This document shows, in pieces, positions 20,871 through 31,150 of a stretch of DNA of 64,000 nucleotides. Source of the DNA: Calditrichales bacterium. GTDB taxonomy: Bacteria > Calditrichota > Calditrichia > Calditrichales > J004. The stretch covers positions 224,001 through 288,000 of the forward strand of contig OZ254086.1 of assembly GCA_965267575.1 (NCBI GenBank), read 5' to 3'. Numbering within the stretch: position 1 is the stretch's first letter; every line of letters starts with the position of its first letter. The notes under the pieces were generated by a model. That model did not search any database, was not told the DNA's origin, and saw nothing but the letters and a program-made list of their open reading frames with translations. The translations under genes were made by a program, and so were the position numbers.

Positions 20871-21221
20871 ATGGCTAAAAAAGAAGTACCTGTCCTGCCG
20901 GAAATTGAAACCGAAGAGCAGGAAGAGACAAGCACGGGACACGTTCCGCAATACAACGTGGTCCTTCATGACGATGACGATCACACCTACGATTATGTCA
21001 TCGAAATGCTGCGCGGTTTGTTTGGGCATGATTTTGATACGGCCTTCCAAATGGCTGTGGAGGTGGACACCATGGGCCGCGTGATTGTTTTTACCACCCA
21101 CAAAGAGCAGGCCGAGTTTAAGCGCGACCAGATAAAAAGCTACGGCCCCGATCCGCGGCTGGATCGCTCCAAAACCTCCATGCGCGCCACCATCGAACCG
21201 GTTTCCGGGGATAAGAAATAA
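20871..21221 (+). CDS. clpS: Clp protease adaptor ClpS
   Basis: YNVVLHDDDDHTYDYVIEML and C-terminal ATIEP. Confidence 0.88.
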   Translation: MAKKEVPVLPEIETEEQEETSTGHVPQYNVVLHDDDDHTYDYVIEMLRGLFGHDFDTAFQMAVEVDTMGRVIVFTTHKEQAEFKRDQIKSYGPDPRLDRSKTSMRATIEPVSGDKK

Positions 21222-21243
21222 AACATCAATACAAGGACGTATC

Positions 21244-21861
21244 ATGAACCAGAAAACCCCGCTCATTCTCCTGGCCATTTACATCATCCTTTTTACCGTG
21301 CTGGCCATTGACCCCTATGACCGTCCCGTGTGGTGGGCCGAGAACCTGCCGATCATGATGATTGTGGTCACTTTGATTATCCTGCAGCGTTGGTTTGTTT
21401 TTTCCCCGCTGGCTTATGGCCTGATGTTTGTGCTGATCGTCCTGCACACCATCGGCGGGCATTATACTTTCAGCCGCGTACCGTTTGGCTTTGTAACCGA
21501 CCTGTTTGGCTTTGAGCGCAACCATTACGACCGCATGGCCCACTTCACCGTTGGTTTTTACGCCTACCCGATTGCCGAGATGGTGCTGCGCAAACGGGCG
21601 GTTAACTCCAAATGGCTGCTTTTTCTTTTTCCCCTATTCAGTATTATTTCCGTCGCCGCGGTCTATGAATTGTTCGAATGGCAATTCGCCATCCTGGCCG
21701 ACCCGCAGGCCGGGGCCGAGGTCCTTGGCTCACAGGGTGATGTCTGGGATGCCCAAAAAGATATTCTTGCCGACACGCTGGGCGCCTTGGCCGTTATGGC
21801 GCTCTTTTTCTGGCGAAATGCAGGGGAGATTAAAGAGGGGATAAGGAAGCAAAAGGTCTAA
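21244..21861 (+). CDS. DUF2238 / YjdF family membrane protein
   Basis: HTIGGHYTF..VP.G, RNHYDRMAHF, LGSQGDVWDAQKD. Confidence 0.88.
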   Translation: MNQKTPLILLAIYIILFTVLAIDPYDRPVWWAENLPIMMIVVTLIILQRWFVFSPLAYGLMFVLIVLHTIGGHYTFSRVPFGFVTDLFGFERNHYDRMAHFTVGFYAYPIAEMVLRKRAVNSKWLLFLFPLFSIISVAAVYELFEWQFAILADPQAGAEVLGSQGDVWDAQKDILADTLGALAVMALFFWRNAGEIKEGIRKQKV

Positions 21862-21928
21862 AACATTACGGGTTAAAGACTGTAATAACATTTGAAAACA
21901 CATATACCACTGTAGCCCCCATCTGACG

Positions 21929-22072
21929 CTAGTCCAGCCCGGAGTAGTCGATGCGCTCCCCGGCGTAGACGTACTGATCTATAGGGCTGATGATAGAAAC
22001 GGGATTCTTAAAGCCGCCAAACGCCGTTGAACAAAAAATTAAAAGCAGAGAACATACGATTGCGGTTTTCAT
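21929..22072 (-). pseudogene. Truncated 5' fragment of the PKD-Rhs toxin gene
   Basis: Encodes MKTAIVCSLLLIFCSTAFGGFKNPVSIISPIDQYVYAGERIDYSGLD then TAG; homology to the other copies stops at about 21932. Confidence 0.85.
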
Positions 22073-22097
22073 TGTTCTTCCACGTCAGTATTTTCTT

Positions 22098-23027
22098 TTA
22101 AGGCAATATTTTAAAAATAACTGTCTTTTTATTATTTGAACCCATTAAATAAATCTGTTCATTTTGATATTTTATATCATAGTTAAAGCCACCAAACACA
22201 ACCATAAAGTCTTTTCCATATTTGCCCCCAAAGATATTTTCCAAATATGGAACCATATTAATAGAGTTAAAAACTCCATTATCCAGATCAAATTCTCTTA
22301 AGATCAAAGGTCCGTCCAGGGGCACAGCTATGCCACAATCGTTTTCAAAATGCAATATACCAGAAAAATTCTCTAAACCATTGACTACTGTTTTTTTACG
22401 GAGTTCTCCATTTAAATCAATAAAATAAATAAGGCTATCAGAAGGTAGAATAAAATAACCGTTATTATATGCAATCGTCGGCTCAAAAATTAGTGGCTTA
22501 TTAAAGTTCTTTATGTCGATTTTTTTTTCTATCCTCAGATGACCATTGCTTAGACTAAAAGATCTTAAAACCAAGTTGTAACGTTTCTCAAAAAAAGCAA
22601 AAAGTAGGCTATCAACCACGTGATAATCGATAATATTTCCTGATCCGATAGAAAAATTACTTAAAAGAACACCGTTAGTGTTAAATTCGCTTATTTCATT
22701 TTTTGGGACAGTGAAAAGGAATATTGATTTTCTATTCTGATCATATTTTATCTTGCGGATATCCTCAGGTACCTTGAACGTTCTATACAAAGAGTCATTT
22801 TTAAACACGATGATTTTGTTTTTATAATTATCAGGCAAATAGATGAATCCTTTTTCATCAATAGCAAAAGAATAAGGCACGGATTCACTACCTGAGCTTA
22901 TATAGACTTCACTCTTGTTACTATCTTCAAAAGGCACCTCTGAGAAGACGGAAATCTTCTCATTTTGTGAGAAGCATTTCGTGAAAATTATCATAAGAAA
23001 AAAGAACACGCGTAATTTATTTATCAC
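22098..23027 (-). CDS. Exported beta-propeller-like protein, candidate immunity protein
   Basis: Signal peptide; PYSFAIDEKGFIYLPD NHL-like blade; AT-rich; directly downstream of an Rhs tip. Confidence 0.65.
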   Translation of the reverse strand: MINKLRVFFFLMIIFTKCFSQNEKISVFSEVPFEDSNKSEVYISSGSESVPYSFAIDEKGFIYLPDNYKNKIIVFKNDSLYRTFKVPEDIRKIKYDQNRKSIFLFTVPKNEISEFNTNGVLLSNFSIGSGNIIDYHVVDSLLFAFFEKRYNLVLRSFSLSNGHLRIEKKIDIKNFNKPLIFEPTIAYNNGYFILPSDSLIYFIDLNGELRKKTVVNGLENFSGILHFENDCGIAVPLDGPLILREFDLDNGVFNSINMVPYLENIFGGKYGKDFMVVFGGFNYDIKYQNEQIYLMGSNNKKTVIFKILP

Positions 23028-23046
23028 AGTATATCCTTTCCACTGA

Positions 23047-23785
23047 CTACTTACTTAGGATTGGTTTAATGTTGGACGGTTTTTTAGGAAAGGCAATTAT
23101 ACTATAGCCTGCATCTACAACATCACGTCTATTAACTCTTCCAATGCCTGCCATATTGTTATTTAAATATTTACCTTCATTTGTTGAGAATTGCGATTTC
23201 TTTACTCTTTTTGCGGAAGAACTGGCACTTGATAGTGTAATCTGACCATTATTTGGATTGTCTATGGCAACCATTACGTGTGTTATATTGCCAGCGCCAT
23301 TACCAATAAAGACGTAATCTCCTCCTTTTATTTGAGACGCATCATTTGTTTCTATATAGCTTCCAGCTTCGCCCGAATTAATTTCCTCAACTGACATACC
23401 AGATGGATCTACAAAAATTAAAGGATTATTAAATACATAATGATAGGGGGTTTGAGATAGATATTTCCTGCTAAGCGGATCAACAGATAAAAACCTTCCA
23501 ATCACGGGGTCATAATACCGTGCCCCAAAATAATAAAGCCCCAGCCCATTCTCATCATCCAGTTCCTTGCCGGAGAATTTGTAGATATCATTACCGGCGC
23601 CGGATGTGTGGCTGCGTCCGGGCATCCGTAAGCCAAAGGGATAGTAATCATCCTTGCTGACGATTTCGCCCTGTTCGTCCACCGTAACCACGCCAAAGGC
23701 GGGCAGGCGCGGATGTTGCCCAGATGGTCCTTCACATAATTGGTATTCCGGTTTACGCTTGATGGCGATCTGGAAGCTGTAGTAA
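23047..23785 (-). pseudogene. Orphan Rhs core plus tip (partial NlpC/P60-like), 5' deleted and frameshifted
   Basis: Matches the repeat from YYSFQIAIKRKPEY; indel near 23740 and 20 bp insertion at 23688-23707; core ends NNPLIFVDPSG; tip has GDYVFI...ITHVMVA...SASSS. Confidence 0.8.
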
Positions 23786-23873
23786 TTTCTATCGTTTACT
23801 TTTTTGCCGCTTTTTACCGCCTCCTCGTGCTAAGAAGCAGAAAAAAATATAATTTCACCAAGATGTTCTGAAA

Positions 23874-24275
23874 TTAATCGTAGCCCCCAAGTGAATCTGA
23901 TAATATAAATAAAAATTCGTTTCTTGGATTGACCGATAAATCAATATAAATATCTTCGCTGAACATAAAACCGTGACTAACCTCTTTATCTCGCCAAACG
24001 GATTTAACTCTGACTAAGTTATATTTTCCCTTCTCTAAATTAATTTCAAAAACATTTATGTCCTCATGATTAATGCGTGTTAATCCTTCAGAGAAAATTA
24101 ATTTCTCGAATCCGTTATTGTTAACGACAAATATGTTTATTACTTCATCAGGCAAAAATCCATCTGACAGAATCAAATTCAAAGTGATACTGTCTGGTTT
24201 AGAATTAATATCTTGTGCTAAAGAAACAAGAGCTAATAGCACAACAAATAGAACTGACGATATGGTATTATTCAT
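23874..24275 (-). CDS. Exported protein, candidate immunity for the metallopeptidase tip
   Basis: ATG overlaps the TGA of the upstream toxin frame; signal peptide; AT-rich. Confidence 0.65.
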   Translation of the reverse strand: MNNTISSVLFVVLLALVSLAQDINSKPDSITLNLILSDGFLPDEVINIFVVNNNGFEKLIFSEGLTRINHEDINVFEINLEKGKYNLVRVKSVWRDKEVSHGFMFSEDIYIDLSVNPRNEFLFILSDSLGGYD

Positions 24276-25498
24276 TTTTTCTTTGCTCCATACCAAAAAT
24301 TAACTAATTCGTGTAAGCTTTTAATTTGCTTTAAAGTCGTTTTAGTGCCTATTGAGTACTTGGATTGTTGCATAATATTACCAATATCCTTTCGAATTAA
24401 TTCGCCTATGCTATTTCGAGGATGTTCAAGCCCTGCACCGTGTCCAAATTCGTGGGCCCCTGTTCTGGCTAATTGGTTATTCTCGCCAGAACTTGCAAGC
24501 TGCGCAGATACTTTTTGTACAGAACCTAAACGATGGGAAGAACCTAACTTTCCAGGCGCGGTATCGACAAGCTTAATTATGTTATCTCCTTCTCTTGGTT
24601 TCCCACTAGCTATATCAACATTTGCCTGCCATTTAGTTTTTCCATCTTTTGAATGTCCATTAAAAGAAGATTCAATCTGATCTTTAATGGTAGCTGCAAT
24701 ATTATCTAATTGCTCTTAAGTAAAGCTTTCTGAACTTTCATTAACTATTGTAGCAGTATACGTAATAGTATAAGTTACATTGCCATCCTTATCTTCTTCC
24801 TTAGTAGAGGATATATCTTTTCCGTCTGGATCAATATATATAATAGGATTATTGGCCACATAGACATAAGGACTTAGGTTACGATATGAATCGTAGTGCG
24901 GATCAACAGAAATAAACCTTCCTATCTCCGCATCATAGTACCGTGCCCCAAAATAATAAAGTCCCAGCCCATTCTCATCATCAAGCTCTTTACCGGAGAA
25001 TTTGTAGATATCATTCCCGGCACCGGATGTGTGGCTGCGGCCGGGCATCCGTAAGCCAAAGGGATAGTAATCATCCTTGCTTACGATTTCGCCCTGTTCG
25101 TCCACCGTAACCCGGATATTGCCCAGGTGGTCCTTCACATAAAAATGGTATTCCGGTTTGCGCTTGATGGCAATCTGGTAGCTGTAATAGTCTATCGCGC
25201 CTTCGTTGTCTTTTACTTTTAGCTTGATGCTGATGACGCGGTGGGTTTCCGTTTTGTCCAGCATGTAGGTTTGGGAAAAGCCGGAGCCCGTACCCGCCTG
25301 TTGGTCATCTATGTACCAGGTGTATTGGGTAATACTGCCGCCATCAGGATCGTAGCTGTCCAGCCCGGAGTAGTCGATGCGCTCCCCGGCGTAAACGTAC
25401 TGATCTATCGGACTGATGATGGAAACGGGATTCTTAAAGCCGCCAATTGCCGTTGAGCAAAAAATTAAAAGCAGAGAACATACGATTGCGGTTTTCAA
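24272..25498 (-). pseudogene. PKD-Rhs core toxin with metzincin-type peptidase tip, interrupted by one in-frame TAA (24716-24718)
   Basis: Manual translation past the TAA continues in frame: EQLDNIAATIK...AHEFGHGAGLEHP...GNIMQQ...GAKKK*. Confidence 0.85.
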
Positions 25499-25520
25499 TA
25501 CTCTTCCCTTAGACTTCCAA

Positions 25521-25985
25521 TTATTCCCATCCCATTATTTCATAAAATTGTTTTTTAAATGATGATATTTGCGAATTTGAATACAATTTTTTGATGACTT
25601 CTAAAGCTTCCTTAAATCCCCAATAATCTGCAATCTCTTCGTCTTTGCTTTTTCTTCTATTTTTTTTCCCATTTAAAAAATGTTTATGATGATAAAGTTC
25701 ATGCAAAAGAATACGGGATAATTCAAAAACAATGGTGATTTCTTTTTCAAGCATCGAAGATGGATATATATCTAATGTGTCAAACATTATTTCTATTTCA
25801 AATACGCCACCGTCTTTCTTAATCCACCTTCCTGCACTATTTTTTGAAGAATAATCTTTATCTAATAATATAATTTTGTTTATTCCATGAAAATTTTCTT
25901 TTCCATAAGTATCAATTATCTTTTGTAATAATTCTGCTCCATTCCAACTTGTATATTTTTCTTTTCTTAAGTCAACTATATTCAT
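25521..25985 (-). CDS. HExxH-motif protein, candidate immunity protein
   Basis: ILLHELYHH and downstream DEEIADYWG; no signal peptide; follows an Rhs tip remnant. Confidence 0.65.
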   Translation of the reverse strand: MNIVDLRKEKYTSWNGAELLQKIIDTYGKENFHGINKIILLDKDYSSKNSAGRWIKKDGGVFEIEIMFDTLDIYPSSMLEKEITIVFELSRILLHELYHHKHFLNGKKNRRKSKDEEIADYWGFKEALEVIKKLYSNSQISSFKKQFYEIMGWE

Positions 25986-25993
25986 AACAATAA

Positions 25994-26670
25994 CTAATTA
26001 CCTCCACTATTTGGGTCTTCTAAATTCCCAACTGCATCCATCAAATCTTTCAACCTTTGATTTTTAGGACTTAGCTTTTTTGCTTCTTCTTGGAGTTTAA
26101 ATTTCTCAGCTTCTTTTTGTTCAGCAGTTCTTGTGTCTGCACCCTCTTTTTTTCTGGATGCTTCAGCTTTGCTTTTTGCCTTTTTTCCCTGGTTCGCTTG
26201 GTCAGCAGTTTTAGTCTTCGAATTATTACTCGATCTTTCAGTAGGCTGCTCTATTGGATTCGAATCAATTCCCTCGCATTTAAAGGCGTATTAAGCGTAT
26301 AATTATAAGGAGACCACGCCGGATACTTATTTGCCAACGGATCAACCGCTACCCACCTTCCAATCACGGGGTCATAATACCGTGCCCCAAAATAATAAAG
26401 TCCCAGCCCATTCTCGTCATCCAATTCCTTCCCCGAATACTTATAAATATCATTATCCGTGCCGGCATTAAAGGAGCGGCCCGCCATCTGCAGCCCAAAG
26501 GGGTAATAGTCATCATGGCTGACCACGTCGCCGTTTTCATCCACGGTGACGCGGATATTGCCAAGGTGGTCCCACAGGTAGTAGTTGGCCGTGTATTCGA
26601 TCTTGTATTTAACTTCCAGGTAGGGCCGGTTGCTGCTCGCTTCCGAGCTGCGGAAACGGACGTGGCAGAT
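25994..26670 (-). pseudogene. 3' part of a second-type Rhs gene (DNRLRE-like domain end, Rhs core, frameshifted tip)
   Basis: HVRFRSSEASSNRPYLEVKYKIEYTANYYLWDHLGNIRVTVDENG...GARYYDPVIGRW; final DPxG missing; Lys/Glu-rich tip continues in another frame to TAG at 25994. Confidence 0.75.
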
Positions 26671-26786
26671 GTCAAAGAACTAAAAACCCAATCGCGCCCC
26701 AAGCGCGACGACGCATTATAGAGCCCCTATCCCCGGCCATAATCTTGCACGGAAGCCTGAAAGAAGCAAGACCCAATGCGTCAGGT

Positions 26787-26947
26787 CTTTTTGGTTCTTT
26801 TTGGACAGGCAAAAAGAACAATGTGCCTTGACTTAAAATCCCAGGCCAAAAGAAAAATTCTAAATGAGTCTGTCTGACCATTCTCAAGACAATTAGTCAG
26901 GCGGGAATATGAATGTTCTTTTTGTTTAGCCAAAAAGAACCAAAAAG
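26787..26947. repeat. Inverted repeat pair (MITE/REP-like), 34 bp arms
   Basis: 26787-26820 matches the reverse complement of 26914-26947 at 30 of 34 positions; each arm is itself a hairpin. Confidence 0.8.
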
Positions 26948-27047
26948 CATATGCGCTTTCAGAGCGTATTTTGGGCCTGGCGGAGTTGTGTTCGCTGCCT
27001 TCCCCGCTCTACAAATGCGCAGTTCACGCCTCAGGGCGTGATTAGGT

Positions 27048-27233
27048 TTAAAGATTCCCTTTTACATTCTTATAGTTGATGACCGCCGCGGAGATACGCG
27101 CCGTGTAGCTGCTGTCTTCTTCATTGAAGTAGATGTTGGCGTAGTTGCTGCGCTTTACCGGTTCTTCCTGGCCAAACAGTGGTAGGGAGAGAATGAAGGT
27201 GGAAAGGAGAAGGGTGGTGAATTTTGTTTGCAT
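27048..27233 (-). pseudogene. 5' fragment of an exported protein, probably the start of the disrupted gene at 25994-26670
   Basis: Signal peptide then KRSNYANIYFNEEDSSYTARISAAVINYKN, resembling N-termini of WapA-like/DNRLRE proteins; ends abruptly at the repeat region. Confidence 0.55.
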
Positions 27234-27338
27234 GTGCTTTATGCTTAGGCTATAAAAACCATATAAAAAATATGCTTAAGATTACAGCTGAGATTTTCTT
27301 AACTACAGTCTTATTACTAACTGTTGATACCAAACCAA

Positions 27339-27740
27339 TTAATCGAAGACATACAGATCTATGTCTATTGACGAATCTAATTCATAAATATTTTTAATTG
27401 TTGCTTTTTTCAAATTAATAGCCGGCGTTTCATTACCATGCAAATTAACAACACATGATATTTCAGATTCGATCTGATATTTTTCGCAAATTTCCACAAT
27501 CTTTTTTTTAGCAGGCAAAATGATATTAATTAGTTTTTCTATTTCATAATTTAGATCTATCGATTCTGTCTCTTTTGAAGAGAGACACCACCCGTCTTGT
27601 TTTCTTTTTAGGGAAGAGTTCTGAATTTTCTCTCCCATTCTCCAAGTTTTTGTAGGAATTATTCCAATAAACTTAGTTATTTTATCAGGCTTTACACCAA
27701 TACCTGTCAATATAAATGAAACCTTTATTGTAGTTTGCAT
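27339..27740 (-). CDS. DUF4279-like immunity protein
   Basis: PDKITKFIGIIPTKTWRMGE...WCLSS...IDIDLY pattern; downstream of the Ntox33-like tip. Confidence 0.78.
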   Translation of the reverse strand: MQTTIKVSFILTGIGVKPDKITKFIGIIPTKTWRMGEKIQNSSLKRKQDGWCLSSKETESIDLNYEIEKLINIILPAKKKIVEICEKYQIESEISCVVNLHGNETPAINLKKATIKNIYELDSSIDIDLYVFD

Positions 27741-27751
27741 CTTCGTTCCTA

Positions 27752-28873
27752 TTAAAAATTATTAATGTTTAGTCCAGTGGGTTCCCCCGGTCCAGTGGCA
27801 CTTTTTGGTTTTATTTTGATATTTCCTTTCGGGTCTTTGTACAAATCATATTTACTGGCACTTTTTCCGCCTTTAAGATCATGCACATCGACACCCCCAT
27901 CTTTGAGTTTCTTTATCTCCCCTTTTGATAGTTTCTTGTCTTGTGCAGAATCACTGTCTTCCTCTTCTTTATCATTTTCGTTTTCATTATTTGAATCCGA
28001 GTCTTTAACTTTCTTATATAAATGGTACCCCAAAATTCCGCCAAGTATTAGATCGCCTAGCGGAAGTGGCCCATCAATAGCTGCTGCACTTATGCCTACT
28101 GCGACAGCAGCGGCTTCCGCTGCTTCTTCTGGTTCATCCCCTTTATTTTCATCTTCATCTGAGTTTTTATCTTGTGTATCCGTGCTATCCATTCCTGTTG
28201 GGTCAATAAACCTAAGTGGGTTATTACCAACATAATTATAAGGAGTCAAGCTTAAGTAAGAGTCTGAATGCGGATCTGAGGTTGTAAACCGCCCCAAAGC
28301 CGGATCATAATATCTTCCAGGATTAAACCAATACAACCCCAGCCCATTCTCATCATCCAGTTCCTTGCCGGAAAATTTGTAGATATCATTCCCGGCACCG
28401 GATGTGTGGCTGCGGCCGGGCATCCGTAAGCCAAAGGGATAGTAATCATCCTTACTGACGATTTCGCCCTGTTCGTCCACCGTAACCCGGATATTGCCCA
28501 GGTGGTCTTTCACATAAAAATGGTATTCCGGCTTACGCTTGATGGCGATCTGGTAGCTGTAATAATCTATCGCGCCTTCGTTGTCTTTTACTTTTAGCTT
28601 GATGCTGATGACGCGGTGGGTTTCCGTTTTGTCCAGGATGTAAGTTTGGGAAAAGCCGGAGCCCGTGCCCGCCTGCTGGTCATCTATGTACCAGGTGTAT
28701 TGCGTAATACTGCCGCCATCAGGATCGTAGCTGTCCAGCCCGGAGTAGTCGATGCGCTCTCCGGCGTAAACATACTGATCTATTGGGCTGATGATGGAGA
28801 CGGGATTCTTAAAGCCGCCAATTGCCGTTGTACAAAAAATTAAAAGCAGGGAACATACGATTGTGGTTTTCAT
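27752..28873 (-). CDS. PKD-Rhs core toxin with Ntox33-like (predicted RNase) tip
   Basis: Signal, PKD, core ending NNPLRFIDPTG, hydrophobic DGPLPLGD segment, then DVHDLK and DLYKD motifs. Confidence 0.85.
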   Translation of the reverse strand: MKTTIVCSLLLIFCTTAIGGFKNPVSIISPIDQYVYAGERIDYSGLDSYDPDGGSITQYTWYIDDQQAGTGSGFSQTYILDKTETHRVISIKLKVKDNEGAIDYYSYQIAIKRKPEYHFYVKDHLGNIRVTVDEQGEIVSKDDYYPFGLRMPGRSHTSGAGNDIYKFSGKELDDENGLGLYWFNPGRYYDPALGRFTTSDPHSDSYLSLTPYNYVGNNPLRFIDPTGMDSTDTQDKNSDEDENKGDEPEEAAEAAAVAVGISAAAIDGPLPLGDLILGGILGYHLYKKVKDSDSNNENENDKEEEDSDSAQDKKLSKGEIKKLKDGGVDVHDLKGGKSASKYDLYKDPKGNIKIKPKSATGPGEPTGLNINNF

Positions 28874-28883
28874 AGGCACATTT

Positions 28884-29810
28884 CTAAAGCGGCAAATTAT
28901 TCACAACAAAAAACATACCGTTACATCCCCAGATAATTAACTCACCGGATTTGGCCAAAAAGGCAGAATAACAACTATTTAAGGTTGCTAGTTCAGGTAA
29001 ATGTTTATTTAAATTTATTTTATAACTTCCGTCTTTATGTACAATAAAATCGCTAAATTCTTCATCTTCGGTTATTATAAATATGGAGTCATTTAAGCTC
29101 ACAAAAGCGCCATCAAGTGCCAGAAAATCAAAAATCGTATATGTTGTATCCTGATTAATATTAAATTCTAAAACTTTACCCACATAATCGTAAGCACCGC
29201 GGCTGGCGTTATACGTGTCAAATAGATATACTATACTATCTCTGGCGTTTTTAAACTGTCCTATTAAACTTCCTTCGGCATTTAGAGAATCATCACTGGC
29301 AACATAGGTATTGTATTTCTCGGTAGTATAAAATAATCTTTTATTTGCTGTATAATAGATATCTCGAACATCCTTGGCTAAAAAACGAAAAACTTCTTCA
29401 TGATCATCAAATGTGATAGCAATTATGCTGTCACGAGTATTTAAAAATATTTTATTGTCCTCAATGCTAACATATTGAATATTCCATCCTTTAGGGAATA
29501 GGGCTATTTTCTGCAAGGATCTTAGTTTAAAATTAAAATGAAACAATTCGTTTGTTTTATCCCCAAACAACCCAGCTAAATATAATGAGGAGGTATCGAT
29601 TCCCACGATTGATAGTATTTTTATATTAAAATCACCATACAAATATGAAATGGATGAATCTAAAAGAGATTCTTTTTTATATAGTGTATCCGGGACAACT
29701 GTAATTGTTGAATCTAATTTGTAATTGGGATTATCTTTAGCGCTTGGTTTCGCGTTTTTGTTTCCGCAGCTTAAGATAATTAAAATAAAAATTAATATTG
29801 TCGATTTCAC
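28884..29810 (-). CDS. Lipoprotein, candidate immunity protein
   Basis: Lipobox ILSC; beta-rich; AT-rich; downstream of the amidase-like tip. Confidence 0.7.
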   Translation of the reverse strand: MKSTILIFILIILSCGNKNAKPSAKDNPNYKLDSTITVVPDTLYKKESLLDSSISYLYGDFNIKILSIVGIDTSSLYLAGLFGDKTNELFHFNFKLRSLQKIALFPKGWNIQYVSIEDNKIFLNTRDSIIAITFDDHEEVFRFLAKDVRDIYYTANKRLFYTTEKYNTYVASDDSLNAEGSLIGQFKNARDSIVYLFDTYNASRGAYDYVGKVLEFNINQDTTYTIFDFLALDGAFVSLNDSIFIITEDEEFSDFIVHKDGSYKINLNKHLPELATLNSCYSAFLAKSGELIIWGCNGMFFVVNNLPL

Positions 29811-29842
29811 AAGAAGCTCCCATCATAAAGTCTATACTCTTT

Positions 29843-31150
29843 TTAATTGGAATCAAGCCGAAATGCACGCCCACTATTTAAGCCTCTTAGCCACGATTCA
29901 TAAATTGCCCGGCCAATTGGACTATCTGTATTTCTTTTTCTGCTGTCATACGACCTTTTATCTTTGGCCAAAATAAAAGCCTTGGGTTGATTATCACGAT
30001 CAAAGGCCCAATTTGCTCCTATCTTACCATTGTTTTTTCCAATATTATACACAATTGGAACCATTTTGCCCCACTCTGTACTTGGTATCATATCTTCAGG
30101 AGCTACAATAGCCACATGTCCCGAACCATTTTCGTTAAAAGATGCCAATATTGTTGTTATCCCTTCCTTCGCGTAATTAGCCGCCTGTTCATAGCTAATT
30201 TCTATTGCATTTGGCTCGTCTAGCGGAACAGACATTAAAAAACTATACATGTCATTTGCGCGCATACCATCTAGTGAATGGTCTTGTCCTTCATTTAAGA
30301 TATCCCTTACTCCAAAATTACAAAACGTAGTAAGATTTATATTTATCATTTCGAAGCCATCGTCAAGCGTAGTAACAGAACCGCTAAACCAATACCTGGG
30401 CTGAAGATTGCTGTCATTTACTATCTTCATTCCTGCCTCATTCAGTTTTGCGGCTGTGCCAAAATCAGCTTTCCCATCGGGATCAACTCTATTTATAGCA
30501 TTGTTATGAGTGTATTGAAAAGGACTGTCACTTAAAAATTTATCCGCCAACGGATCAACCGCTACCCATCTGCCAATCATGGGGTCATAATACCGTGCCC
30601 CAAAATAATAAAGTCCCAGCCCATTCTCATCATCCAGTTCCTTGCCGGAGAATTTGTAGATATTATTGCCGGCACCGGATGTGTGGCTGCGGCCGGGCAT
30701 CCGTAAGCCAAAGGGATAGTAATCATCCTTGCTTACGATTTCGCCCTGTTCGTCCACCGTAACCCGGATATTGCCCAGGTGGTCCTTCACATAAAAATGG
30801 TATTCCGGTTTACGCTTGATGGCGATCTGGTAGCTGTAATAGTCTATGGCGCCTTCGTTGTCTTTTACTTTTAGCTTGATGCTGATGACACGGTGGGTTT
30901 CCGTTTTGTCCAGCATGTAGGTTTGGGAAAAGCCGGAGCCCGTGCCGACCTGCTGGTCATCTATGTACCAGGTGTATTGGGTAATACTGCCGCCATCCGG
31001 ATCGTAGCTGTCCAGCCCTGAGTAGTCGATGCGCTCCCCGGCGTAAACGTACTGATCTATCGGGCTGATGATGGAGACGGGATTCTTAAAACCGCCAAAC
31101 GCCGTTGAGCAAAAAATTAAAAGCAGAGAACATACGATTGCGGTTTTCAT
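29843..31150 (-). CDS. PKD-Rhs core toxin with CHAP/papain-like Cys-His amidase tip
   Basis: Strong RBS GGAGG; core ends NNAINRVDPDG (residue 226); tip has TTFCN...ANDM...GHVAIVAP. Confidence 0.85.
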   Translation of the reverse strand: MKTAIVCSLLLIFCSTAFGGFKNPVSIISPIDQYVYAGERIDYSGLDSYDPDGGSITQYTWYIDDQQVGTGSGFSQTYMLDKTETHRVISIKLKVKDNEGAIDYYSYQIAIKRKPEYHFYVKDHLGNIRVTVDEQGEIVSKDDYYPFGLRMPGRSHTSGAGNNIYKFSGKELDDENGLGLYYFGARYYDPMIGRWVAVDPLADKFLSDSPFQYTHNNAINRVDPDGKADFGTAAKLNEAGMKIVNDSNLQPRYWFSGSVTTLDDGFEMININLTTFCNFGVRDILNEGQDHSLDGMRANDMYSFLMSVPLDEPNAIEISYEQAANYAKEGITTILASFNENGSGHVAIVAPEDMIPSTEWGKMVPIVYNIGKNNGKIGANWAFDRDNQPKAFILAKDKRSYDSRKRNTDSPIGRAIYESWLRGLNSGRAFRLDSN

